This document shows, in pieces, positions 22,996 to 34,602 of a stretch of DNA of 47,168 nucleotides. The stretch comes from Octopus bimaculoides (Eukaryota), in assembly GCF_001194135.2 (NCBI RefSeq), contig NC_068988.1, positions 42,810,344-42,857,511 of the forward strand, given 5' to 3'. Position 1 is the first letter of the stretch. Each line of letters starts with the position of its first letter. Both the position numbers and the translations under genes were made by a program. The notes beneath the pieces were generated by a model. It saw nothing but the letters and a program-made list of their open reading frames with translations. It was not told the origin of the DNA and did no database searches.

Positions 22996-24720
22996 CTTAC
23001 TTTTATTCTTTTTCAGCACGGGAGCGGTGACCATTCCAAGGCATCGCCGTTAGTTCTGCTACACTTCCATTACTTGAAAATTCCTCCGATATATTGCATT
23101 AGATGAATAAGGGAATTTGATGTTGCTGCCATCATTTGCGTTTCCTGCCTTGAGGTAGGTTCATCAGGAAGTCTTGACACAAGGAGATTCTGTTCTGTTT
23201 TAAGGACACCTACATACACCCCATATAGGTCTCTCAGAGTTTTTCAGAGGATGTGGAAGAGCTATGGGCCCTTAAATTCCTAGCTGTGGCAATATCTGGT
23301 CTTGTTTCTTGATGTCGATGTTGGGATCTTCGACACTATGCAATGACGCCCCTTTCTGCTGTTTGTGTAACTTTCAATGCCAAATGTTTGATACAAGTCC
23401 TTCTATTATTTTCCAGATTTATATCATTACATATCTCTCCCGCCTTCGTTCTTGGGAATAGAGTCTTAACTTTTTCAGTTTTTTCCAGTAACTGACCTGT
23501 CTCATTGAGACAATCTTCTTTGTGTAGCTTTGCTAGATTGTTTCGAGTACCGCTGTTAATTTTACACTGTGTGGTCACTGTTGTCGGTAGCAGTTGAGAA
23601 CAGACATCCTTCAGAGAACCATCATTGTTTCTTATTCTCTCTTTCTGAAAGTTCTGAGGCTCTATCCGCCCAACCGCATAAATTTTAATGGCAGCATATT
23701 AATATCCACCTGGGCAGATGCATCATTACTCATGTCAATTCCCAATTCGAGTACTGATTTTGATCGAGGGGTTGCAGTTCCTCCTGGGCCAGGGGTACTC
23801 TATCTGCATTTCATTCAGCTTCGTGCGCTGGTAGTGCAGAACTTAGAATTTTCCAGCATTAAACTGCATGTTATTGTCCTGTTGTAGGTACGCAACATCT
23901 CCAAGGTTCAGTGTCCTCAGAGTGTCTTTTGTATCGTCTAAATAGCTAGTAAGAGTGGCTATCAGAGCAGTTGAGGGCATGTCTGAGAGGGCCACTATGA
24001 ATGGCAGTGGCTCTGAGACACCACTCAATATTTGTGCTTCCTAAGAGATGGTTCCATTGGTCACCATTGGCCACCGTTGGCTGACTTCTAACTTTTAAAC
24101 AGTCGTGTAACCACTCCCCCCAGTTACCCGACTGTGCCGAGGTCACGTAGCTTGGTACATATACTATAGTCGATTTTACCAAAAGCTTTTGGAAAGTCGA
24201 GATATATCACGTCTACATTTAAGTTGCTGAGCAGCTGTTTAACATCCAGTCGTGGTGCTGAAAGCGCTGTGTCAAGCAGCATCAATTAGATCGAACATCA
24301 TGCTGGGTGTTAACAAGCCATTCTCTTCAAGAAACACAATTAGTTTCCTTCTGCTGATGTGTGAGGTCAGAGAAATAGGCCCGTAGTTTTTAGCATCTGC
24401 TCTGCTCTCACTCTTCGTGGATAGGGCATAGTATTTCCTCCTTCAATTTGCTTGAGAACTTACCATTTGCAAGAAAGTTCTGTAAAAGAAGCTGAAATGA
24501 TTTTATTAGGGCTCGTTTGCATGATTTGGGAAGGTTTACAGAGAACCCACCAGGGCCAGCAGCTAAATTTTCGTTTACCTCATCTATGGCCAATATCCAT
24601 CTCTTTTCGAGCTGATGTAATCAACTATTAGTGTCCCTCTCTCATAATTGTTCAGAATTTCCTTTATCCTCTCTGGATTTCCTGTGAGGAAGCCATCCTT
24701 TACAGAAAAATACCAATATG
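22996..24720 (-). mobile_element. Decayed 5'-truncated CR1/L2-group LINE ORF2 (reverse transcriptase) with 3' UTR
   Basis: Fragments AIDEVNENLAAGPGGF..ILCPIH, DF(T)K(A)F..GEWLHDCLKVRSQ..VANG, LPFIVALSDMP..SYLDDTK (YxDD at about 23927-23947), NNMQFNAGKF and the C-terminal GRHC..PDEP..SNSL; multiple frameshifts and stops. Confidence 0.9.
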
Positions 24721-25135
24721 AGTACAAATAAAACTGAAATATAATATATTACAAAATGCTCAATACCAATTATATAGTATGGATGGTTATAGTGGCAGGG
24801 AAATAGCAGTATGGTAATGAGCGATCTTCGAAAACGCAAATGGTGGATAAAAGACAAATTTCTCATCAACGGAAAATAAAAGCAAAATTAATAAAGTCTC
24901 TGTTGGTATGAACGAAGAAAGCTTTAAGTGCTTTATGTCTCCACTATCATAAACCCGTAGAAAAAGGATCACCTTAAGTTACTGCTATGAAAAAATTTGG
25001 TATTGACTAATTTGGTATACCAATTAGAAAATCACGAAACACAACACAACTTACATAAATGTAAAATAAGGTGATACTAATTAAACCCTACAGAGAAATA
25101 CCAATAGGAGAACAAATAAAACCTATACTTTAGAT

Positions 25136-25435
25136 CAGTGGTTCTCAACCGGGGCACATATGGCCCTCGGGGGCCCATATAAGATTTTCTTGCTAAAATT
25201 ATTGTGCAATAAAGTGGTTACCCTATTACAATATACAAAATATTATTTTTTTAATAAAATTCCTAATAATATCTAATTATAAAAATACAGTAAGATTTTT
25301 TAAATATATACATTGAATGGCTATGGGGCAGGGGTCCAGTACAGAAAAATAGGAATCAAAGGGATCCATAGGCAAAAGAAACAAAAAAAAAAAACAAAAC
25401 AAAAAAAAAAAACAGAAAATGGTTGAAAATCATTA
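25136..25435. mobile_element. hAT-type MITE, decayed
   Basis: Left TIR CAGTGGTTCTCAACC; right end GGTTGAAAATCATTA (11/15); degenerate 8-bp TSD CTTTAGAT/CTGTTGAA. Confidence 0.6.
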
Positions 25436-25688
25436 CTGTTGAATAATGTCAAAACAGAGCTTCGAAACAAATCGTACCCAGAAAATTACCTCAGGGAAGT
25501 AGCACCTGATCAGTCCTAGATACCAACCGAAAGTCTACACTACACCGTTTCGTGGTTCTGAAGGCGAATGGTAATTCTTCCATAAATGAAAATTTCTTCA
25601 TTGGTGTGTCATCTGAGGAACGCCTCTCCGGCGGTGAAGTTGAAGTAATGGAAAAGGAGTCGCTTTTACATCAGAATATCACGTTTAA

Positions 25689-25800
25689 GTATGTATGTAT
25701 GTATGTATGTATGTATGTATGTATGTATGTATGTATGTATGTATGTGTGTATGTATGTATGTATGTATGTATGTATGTATGTATGTATGTACGTATGTAA
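25689..25800. repeat. (GTAT)n microsatellite
   Basis: Direct reading. Confidence 0.95.
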
Positions 25801-26887
25801 GATCNNNNNNNNNNNNNNNNNNNNNNNNNNNNNNNNNNNNNNNNNNNNNNNNNNNNNNNNNNNNNNNNNNNNNNNNNNNNNNNNNNNNNNNNNNNNNNNN
25901 NNNNNNNNNNNNNNNNNNNNNNNNNNNNNNNNNNNNNNNNNNNNNNNNNNNNNNNNNNNNNNNNNNNNNNNNNNNNNNNNNNNNNNNNNNNNNNNNNNNN
26001 NNNNNNNNNNNNNNNNNNNNNNNNNNNNNNNNNNNNNNNNNNNNNNNNNNNNNNNNNNNNNNNNNNNNNNNNATTTTTCAAGAGTTGCATTTAGGCAGTG
26101 TGTTACATATACCAGTGCCTCAATAATTACAGTTATAAACCTGAACTTGTAGTCAGGTTAGAGTAGCTGCAGATTCCTTTATGTTAACTCCGCTGGGTAG
26201 CTGATTTTCCATAACTGTAAAGTTTCTCTTCTCTATTCCAAATAAGTATGTCAAATATGTATGTCAGATATGTATGTATGCATGCATGTATGTATGTATA
26301 CATACATGCATGCATGTGTGTATGCATGTATGTACGTCTGCATGCATGCATGTATGTATGTATGCATACATGTATGTATGTATGCATGCATATATGCATG
26401 CATGTATGTATGTATGTATGTATGTATGTATGTATGTAGGTTTGTATGTTTGTATGTCAGTTACGAGCAGCAATCTAGGACAGAAAAATTGATTTGTGCT
26501 AATACAAATAAAAGTAAGGATTTATTAACATTTTTATTTGTGTTTTTAGTTTATTAATTTTCTTGACTATATATATTTTTTTTATACCTTTATATGTTAT
26601 TTCTCATGAAATCCATTAATGACATGGCGAGAAACTAATATAAGAAAACAATATAAAAAGAATATTAAAAGAGAGCGAGAAATCTAAACGCACATATGTA
26701 CATGCATACGTTACAAATATACATACATGCATACATACTTACACACAATCACACGCACATACATACGTACATGTATGAGTACATACATGGACGCATACGC
26801 ACACGTACACATGCGCGCACACACATGTACATACGTACGTGCACACGCACACGCAGACGCACGCGCGCTCACGCACACACACACACA

Positions 26888-26933
<46 letters not shown>

Positions 26934-27519
26934 NNNNNNNNNNNNNNNNNNNNNNNNNNNNNNNNNNNNNNNNNNNNNNNNNNNNNNNNNNNNNNNNNNN
27001 NNNNNNNNNNNNNNNNNNNNNNNNNNNNNNNNNNNNNNNNNNNNNNNNNNNNNNNNNNNNNNNNNNNNNNNNNNNNNNNNNNNNNNNNNNNNNNNNNNNN
27101 NNNNNNNNNNNNNNNNNNNNNNNNNNNNNNNNNNNNNNNNNNNNNNNNNNNNNNNNNNNNNNNNNNNNNNNNNNNNNNNNNNNNNNNNNNNNNNNNNNNN
27201 NNNNNNNNNNNNNNNNNNNNNNNNNNNNNNNNNNNNNNNNNNNNNNNNNNNNNNNNNNNNNNNNNNNNNNNNNNNNNNNNNNNNNNNNNNNNNNNNNNNN
27301 NNNNNNNNNNNNNNNNNNNNNNNNNNNNNNNNNNNNNNNNNNNNNNNNNNNNNNNNNNNNNNNNNNNNNNNNNNNNNNNNNNNNNNNNNNNNNNNNNNNN
27401 NNNNNNNNNNNNNNNNNNNNNNNNNNNNNNNNNNNNNNNNNNNNNNNNNNNNNNNNNNNNNNNNNNNNNNNNNNNNNNNNNNNNNNNNNNNNNNNNNNNN
27501 NNNNNNNNNAATTATTCTT

Positions 27520-28570
27520 TTTCTGGCTCTTTATGTTCTGTGTTCAAATGTCGTTGAGTTCGACTTTACATTTTCATCCCTTCGAGTCGATAGCATAAAT
27601 CCCGGTTATTCATTGAAGTCAATGTAATCAACTTATTTTTTTCCCAAAATTCGCTGAACTTGTACCAAAAATTGAAACCATTATAATTGTTATTATTAAA
27701 AGTGGCGAGCTGGCAGAATCGTTTCCACGTCAGGTGAAATGCCTAACTGTATTTCGTCTGAGGCTACGTTCTGAGTTCAAATTCCGCCAAGGTCGACTTT
27801 GCCTTTCATCCTTTCGCGATGTAATCGACTGACTATTCACTTCCCACAAAATTTCAAACCTTGTGCCTATAGTAGAAAGAATTATTAAGGCAGTGAGCTG
27901 GCAGAATCCTTAGCATGTCAAGCAAAATGCTACTAAGTGGCATTTCGTCCGTCTTTACGTTGTGAGTTCAATTCCACCGAGGTCGGCTTTGCTTTTTATT
28001 CTTTCGGGGTCGAAAAAATTAAGTATCAGTGAAACACTGGGGTCGATATAATCAACTTCTTCCCTCCCACCAAATTTCAGGCCTTGTGCCTTCAGTAGAA
28101 ATGGTTATTAAAGGCGGCAAAAGGCAGAGAGCTAGCAGAATCGTTAGCATATCATACAAAATACTTAGCGCTATTTCTTTCTGTTTTACGGTCTGAGTTC
28201 AAATTCCGCCGAGATCGTCTTTGCTTTTTATCCTTTCGGGGTCAGTGAGCTAAGTACCAGCTGAGCAATGGTCGATATAATCGACTTACTCCCAACTCCC
28301 GAAATTGCTGACCTTGTGCCAAAATTTGGAACAGTTATTAAAGCGGTGAAAGGTGGCGAACTGGCAGAATCCTCAGCATGTCACACACAATACTTAGCGG
28401 TATTTCATCTACCTTTACGTTTTGAGTTCAAATTCCGCTATGGTCGACTTTGCCTTTCATCCTTTCGAGACGGATGAACCAAGTACCAGTTAAGCACCGG
28501 GGTTGATGTTATGGACTAGACCTCTTTCCGTAAATTTTAGGCTTTGTGCTTAGAGTAGAAAAGATTATTA
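27520..28570 (+). mobile_element. Head-to-tail stack of five SINE family A copies
   Basis: Copies at about 27520-27680, 27701-27885, 27887-28110, 28111-28340 and 28341-28570, each ending in ..TTATT; a very decayed sixth head follows to about 28640. Confidence 0.85.
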
Positions 28571-28912
28571 CGGCAACAAGTCGGCAGGATCGTTTGCGCA
28601 TCAGGTAAATGATTAGCATTATTTCTTGCGGCTCTTCACGGACTGAGTCGAGTTGGGAAATGAAGCCTTCCAATAGAGTCATGTCGATCTTGTCATTTTC
28701 AGTAGCACAAAAACACAATTACTCGACATATCAAGAAAAAGTATTATTGCACCGCAGCTTAATAAAAAAAGCACCTAGATTTCCTCCAATCACACTCTAC
28801 AATCTTAGATTAAGAAACGTTAAATAATGTGGTCCTAAGTTTTCTACACACATGGAATGCCTTTGTCTATTGTTCTGTTCAATCAAAGTTACCTTGGAAC
28901 TAAAAAATAACA

Positions 28913-29320
28913 GCAGGTGTGGCTGTGTGGTAAGTAGCTTGCTTACCAACCACATGGTTCCGGGTTCATTTCCACTGCGTGGCACCTTGAGCAAGTGTCT
29001 TCTACTATAGCTTCGGGCCGACCAAAGCCTTGTGAGTGGAGTTGGTAGACGGAAACTGAAAGAAGCCCGTCGTATCTATGAATACATATATGTGTGTGTA
29101 TATGTTTGTGTGTCTGTGTTTGTCCCCCCCCTAGCATCACTTGACAACCGATGGTGGTGTGATTACGTCCCCGTAACTTAGCGGTTCGGCAAAAGGGACC
29201 GATAGAATAAGTAGTAGGCTTCCAAAGAATAAATCCTGGGGTGGATTTGCTCGACTAAAAGGCGGTGCTCCAGCATGGCCGCAGTCAAATGACTGAAACA
29301 AGTAAAAGAGTAATGAGTAA
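28913..29320 (+). mobile_element. SINE family B, full length
   Basis: GCAGGTGTGGCTGTGTGG head, GGTTCATTTCC B-box-like motif, internal (TA)(TG) tract, GGCGGTGCTCCAGCATGGCCGCAGTCAAATGACTGAAACAAGTAAAAGAG tail. Confidence 0.92.
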
Positions 29321-29972
29321 CGACATGAAGGTCACAATAAAATCATAAAAATCTCTACAAATGCTACAAATGCACAGAGATTCTCTTCTTGAGGACACAC
29401 ATCATGCCCATAGCCGAAGCTTCATTACAAAATATGGTATTTCTGTTTAAAATATGGCATATCAATTCTCCACAAAGCTCAGTTGATTACTGCAATGAGA
29501 CACACAAACGTTCTAGACTATATCCAAGGAAAGACCACTCGACCGATTTTATCAAGTCAGTTGTGACCACATTTCAACTTCAGGCTTACAGACGTACTAT
29601 TTCCTGCTTGACAATCTGTTAATCACTATCTCCCCCACTCCTTCTGTCTGCTTTTTCTGATGGTACTACAGTGTTCTTCTACTCCTCAGAGTGGAGTGGT
29701 CTCATCCACATCTACTTCCTACTCATTCGGACTCTTCTCTTCACGTTATCTATATTGTGTAAACTTCACAACTATGTCTAGTATTTTTCTCTCCCAAACG
29801 TTGGTCCTCCGGATTCTACTGCGTGCGCATATTTCTCCTGCTGTCACCGACTTGCGATTGCTTAAAAGGATAGTAACTAGTACCCGCAGCGACCACATCA
29901 GTCTTGGGGGCTTGTGAAGGCCAACGGCACAACCAGACTAAATTATTAATAATATATATAAAAAACGTATAC

Positions 29973-30385
29973 GCAGGCGTGGCTTTGTGGTAAGAAGCAT
30001 GCTTTCCAGCTACATGGTTCCGGGTTCAGTCCCATTGTGTGGAACCTTGGGCAAGTATTTTCTACTACAGCCTAGGGTGGGCCGACCAAAGCTTTGTGAG
30101 TGAATCTGGTAGACGGAAACTGAAAACAAAGCCCATCATATATATATGTGTGTATGTGTGTGTGTGTGTGTCTGTGTGTTCGCTTGTTTGTTCCCCACCA
30201 CCGCTTGACAAAAAGTGTTGGTGTGTTTACGTCTCAGTAACTTAGCAGTTCGGCAAATATGACCGATAGAAAAAGTAGCAGGCTTCAAAAAGAAATACTG
30301 GAGTCAGTTCATTCGATTAAATATTCTTCAAGACGGTGTCTCCGCATTATTGCAGTCTAATGACGGAAACAATTAAGAAAAGATT
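29973..30385 (+). mobile_element. SINE family B, full length, diverged tail
   Basis: Consensus match. Confidence 0.85.
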
Positions 30386-30551
30386 AAAAAAAGATAAAAA
30401 TAACATACAAAAATTAACAACGACTCCCGTCGATTGCACATATAGTGTTGTACTCTCTTTTGTTTTGAGATAGTATTGTACAGTGAAACCTCGTTAAACT
30501 GCAGTCATACAAACTGTTCTTATTTTGTTTACTCTCCGAGTTAAATTTATG

Positions 30552-30760
30552 GCAGGGAGCTGGCAGAATCGTTTGCACACCTGGCAAAATGCTTTGTGGC
30601 ATTTCGTCCGTCTTTACATTCTGAGATCAAACTCCACCGAGATCGACTTTGCCTTTCTTCCTTTCCGAGTAAATAAAATAAGTACTATTTGAACATTGGG
30701 GTCGATGTAACCCACTTAGCCCCACCTCCACCTCCACCTTGTACCAAAATTTGAAGCCAA
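30552..30760 (+). mobile_element. SINE family A (GAARCC-tail variant)
   Basis: Consensus match. Confidence 0.8.
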
Positions 30761-31204
30761 CATTTTTATATGTATGCGACGTTGGAGAAATATACAACTG
30801 TACGCTAAAATAAGCAGTAACAAAATACAACGAAGCATTCCACCGGGTTTGAAACCAGAACTTCCTAATTGCTCTCCTATGAACTCTATCTGTATCTCAT
30901 CTCTAGAATTCTACGAACTTTTTTGACATACAATTCCATTAAAGAGTGTACTGCTTTTACTCTTGTTAAGGTTATTTCTACAGATATTCTATAGAAATTA
31001 TAGCTAGCATTAATTTTCGGCACGACGTTTCGTATCCGAGACATAAGATATAAACAAACAATGAGACATCTGACGTCATGGATACAAAACGGCGTAACAA
31101 AAATCAGTGCTGTAGAGGTAACCTTAACAAGTGGTGTAAAGCGCACTGCTAACACAGCAGAACACGGTGATGACTTATAAAAATGTTTAATATACTTTAT
31201 AGTA

Positions 31205-32475
31205 TACTAGCAAACGTACCCGTCCTCTGGACGGTTCAAGTTGCTTTGGTGGTATGTTTTTCACCAAATAATTGAACTACCGAGAAGATTTATGAGTAGC
31301 ACGGCAATCTATGCTTCCGATTAATCTAGGAACAGAACACCAAACTAAATGCTGGTTATTGTGTAAGTCGTTGCACTTTAATGATCATAGACCATATAAT
31401 TTTGCAAGTGATGCAAAGTAGAGCTACTGAAGTATTTTGGAAGTAGATTACGGATAATGACTACAAAATATAGTTGATTTATATCAAAGCGAAATTTCTT
31501 GTCAGAAACAGCCACATAAATGGTGTAAAGAAATTAAAGGAAGACGTTGAAACTTCCCCTCTGCGAGTTTATTTTATTCAACAACAAAGGGAGCTACTTT
31601 TTCGGAGTGAAGCATGATTGGTACGTTCAAAAATGGCAATATAATACCTACTTAAAAAAAAGAAGAGTTAAACGAATGTATTTGCTACAGTGTACGACCA
31701 CTCTGAAATTGACTTCAGGTAACGAAAAATGAAGACATGAAGAGTTTGACTTCAGTTTACGAATATCGTTTTGAATCTTTAGAAGTTCACAGTGAAAAGA
31801 TGTCGCGTTCGAAATATCATAATGAATGGGTAAGTAAGCATTCTTAAAATGAAACAACGCATTAGTAGGTAAGCAAAAGTAGCAACAAATAGAAGAGAGG
31901 GAAGGTGACATCACCTTTCATGTAACTCAGAATAGGTAAAGGTAAGCATGCTAAATTTTAATGCAGTTTAAATATGGAGATTAAGATTGTTTGGTATTGG
32001 ATATTCATCGCGTACAGTGTTTCTAGTCAATTTAATCACCGTCGCAGGTGGACAGTCGAAATAAATAACTAGATAAACTCATTTCACTTTTATAATATTC
32101 TCTAACCAAGTAATAATACACAATTGCAACATATAAATAAATGATAACTGGTGGACAGTCGAAATAATAGACAAAATCCTTTCACTAATGCCATATACGA
32201 CCATATAGATTAAAAAGTGTAGAAGACACTACATACAGAGAAATAAAAAAAAAACTATGTACATACAACGAATTAGAGAAAAACTCGTGTAAACCACCGT
32301 TTTTTTTTCTGGTTTGTCCATTTACTCGGAAGCTCTGGAAAAATGTCATAGTGCATGACCATCCTTGGGACATAAGTAATGCGTGTCTAAGGATTGGTGA
32401 AAATCGGTTGGGAATGGTGGAAATGTATGCGTTAATCAATATACACAGATATGCTGTAATTTATATATACTAGAT
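31205..32475 (+). mobile_element. Possible non-autonomous Helitron/Helentron-type element
   Basis: Begins TACTAGC..ACCCGTCC TCT GGACGG (5' hairpin 31220-31234) and ends AAATCGGTTGG..ACACAGA..TTTATATATACTAGAT, termini reminiscent of Helitron-derived non-autonomous elements; no TSD, no coding remnant. Confidence 0.4.
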
Positions 32476-34127
32476 TATGATTACATAACGAAATATGGCG
32501 TCCCTACAAGTCATTTGTATGATTTTACTCTTTCTGACCCACATTATTCTCTAGGATACTTTACATATATAACATATATTTTACGTCTCTCATCAGACGT
32601 ACGAAATAATTTCGATGTACTACTGATCCTCCAGAAAACACGCGCGCACACACACACACACGAACGTGTGCTGAGTATGAGTGTGTGTGTGTGTGTGTGT
32701 GTATGTGTGTGTGTGTGTGCGTGCGCACGCACGTGTGTGTATGTGTTTGTTTGTTGCGTCGGAAAAATTGCAGTGGGAACAGTAGAGCGGACAGTGTAGA
32801 GTTGATGAGATATTCTGCGAAGCAGTGTACGAATTGAAGGGAGAGAGAAAAAAACGAGGAGAAACGTAACAAGGGATGTTTATGTGTGTTGGGTTTAGGT
32901 GGATGTTCTAAAGTGGAAGAGCTTGACGGAATTGGTTTAATGGACCTAAGTGGATGTTTGGAGGAGTGAGGTTATGGGAAAGTTGGAGAGAAAATGCTAA
33001 CAGGAAGTATCAGAGTGTTCAAATTCCAAGAATAAAGGCTATATTAACAATAACAATATATATTTCAAAATAAAGCGATGACCTTGATAACAACAACAAT
33101 TACAATATTAATGGCTACAAAACATCACTAAAAGTAATAACAAAAGAAACCCCTATTTAATCGCTATGTCTGCTAGAAAAAGTAACCTAATCACTTTACG
33201 TTATATCTTAACATCTTGAAAGGGAAAGGACATATTTTATAACGTAGATTTAATATATAGAGAGGCAGGATGGTTAGGGATGGTCAAGGATGGAATGCCT
33301 CCGATTATATGGCTTTCAACAAACAATGACGACTGGAATCACAGTAACAATAACAACGATGGCACTAGAAACAACAGCAACAATAACAACAACAATAGCA
33401 CTGAAATTACAACACTAGCAACAACACTCTCATGAACAACGATAACCTCTACAGGATGAATGACAACACAAGCAATAATAGTAAAAACAGCAATTGTGAC
33501 AACGACATTTACAACTCTAATAATAATAAGGACAGCTAAAAGAACGAAATTAATACAACGCTTATCATCACCACCATCACCACTCCAACAACAATATCAA
33601 CAGTTGCAAACAACTATAACTGTAGCTCAAAGAACAACGGAACAACGGCAGCAGGAATATTTGCCAAAGTAAATAAATAAAAAAAACAAACAAAAGCATA
33701 GACTGAAAGTTAAATTTAGTGACAACCTCGTCGCTGCTCTGTCTCCATCTCTCTCTCTTTCTCTCTTTTCTCTCTTTTCTCTCTCTCTCTCTCTACACAC
33801 ACTTTTTAAATAAGTACGGGTTATTTCAGTTCATTTGTTGTCCACAGGCCACCCAACATCCTCAAGTTTTGTCGAAATGGGTAGTTAAAATAACAAACAA
33901 CGATAATAGCATTTTTAATTTTGGTACAAATATAGAAAGTTGTGCAGAAGAAGGGGTTCTGTCGATTTCAATTGCCCCTCCGTCACTATCATCACCATCG
34001 CCGCCGCCGCCACTGACTTCTGAGCATTGTTGCGATCCAGCCTCTAAAAACGAGTCCGAAATCAACCACTTCCAAGATGGATGCCAAGTAGCGTTGATAA
34101 TAATGATGATGATGATGATGATGATGA

Positions 34128-34222
34128 TTTCAAATTTTGACACAAGGCCAGCAATTTTAAGTAGATGTTGTTAGTCGATGACATCGATCCTAATATTTGA
34201 CCAGTACTTTATTCCATTCGCC
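34128..34222 (-). mobile_element. SINE family A 3' fragment
   Basis: TTTCAAATTTTGACACAAGGCCAGC..GTCGATGACATCGA. Confidence 0.6.
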
Positions 34223-34287
34223 CTGGGGTAGTATAGCAGTGTTTATTTTTCATACTAAAGTGTGTTATGGAGTATACTCAAAGCATT

Positions 34288-34602
34288 GGATCTTGTTCAA
34301 AACGGGGGTACCAGTATTTTCTTAACGAAACACTTTGAAACTTGGGACACTGGTAGAATGTGTCATATAAAACATCTTTTTCTCTTAGTCTTCTTAACAA
34401 AAAAACGTACATCGCAAGTTATTTCATGTTAAAGTTGTCGTATTTCTGTAATTTCAACCAATGACTGACGTCCATTCAGCCGAATACATTAAGTGCTGAC
34501 TTCGTAAACAAACGATTCTCAAACGATTCTGGCGGTGATAAAATTATTATTTCCTTGTCAAAAAATGGCTGAAGCATATTGGCAGTAGCTAATAAACCTT
34601 TC
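34288..34602. mobile_element. Merlin-type MITE subfamily 2, left part (interrupted by a SINE A tail and a gap)
   Basis: Near-identical to 16392-16745 but with the complete TIR GGATCTTGTTCAAAACGGGGGTACCAG and no telomeric tract. Confidence 0.85.

Noticed and set aside
23150-23185. CTGATGA..GAAAC on the minus strand as a hammerhead
   Set aside because: It is the PDEP-coding part of the LINE ORF2; there is no UH cleavage site or stem I.
28913-28985. tRNA genes at SINE heads (also at 37289-37360)
   Set aside because: A and B boxes are present but there is no complete cloverleaf; each continues into a SINE body and tail.
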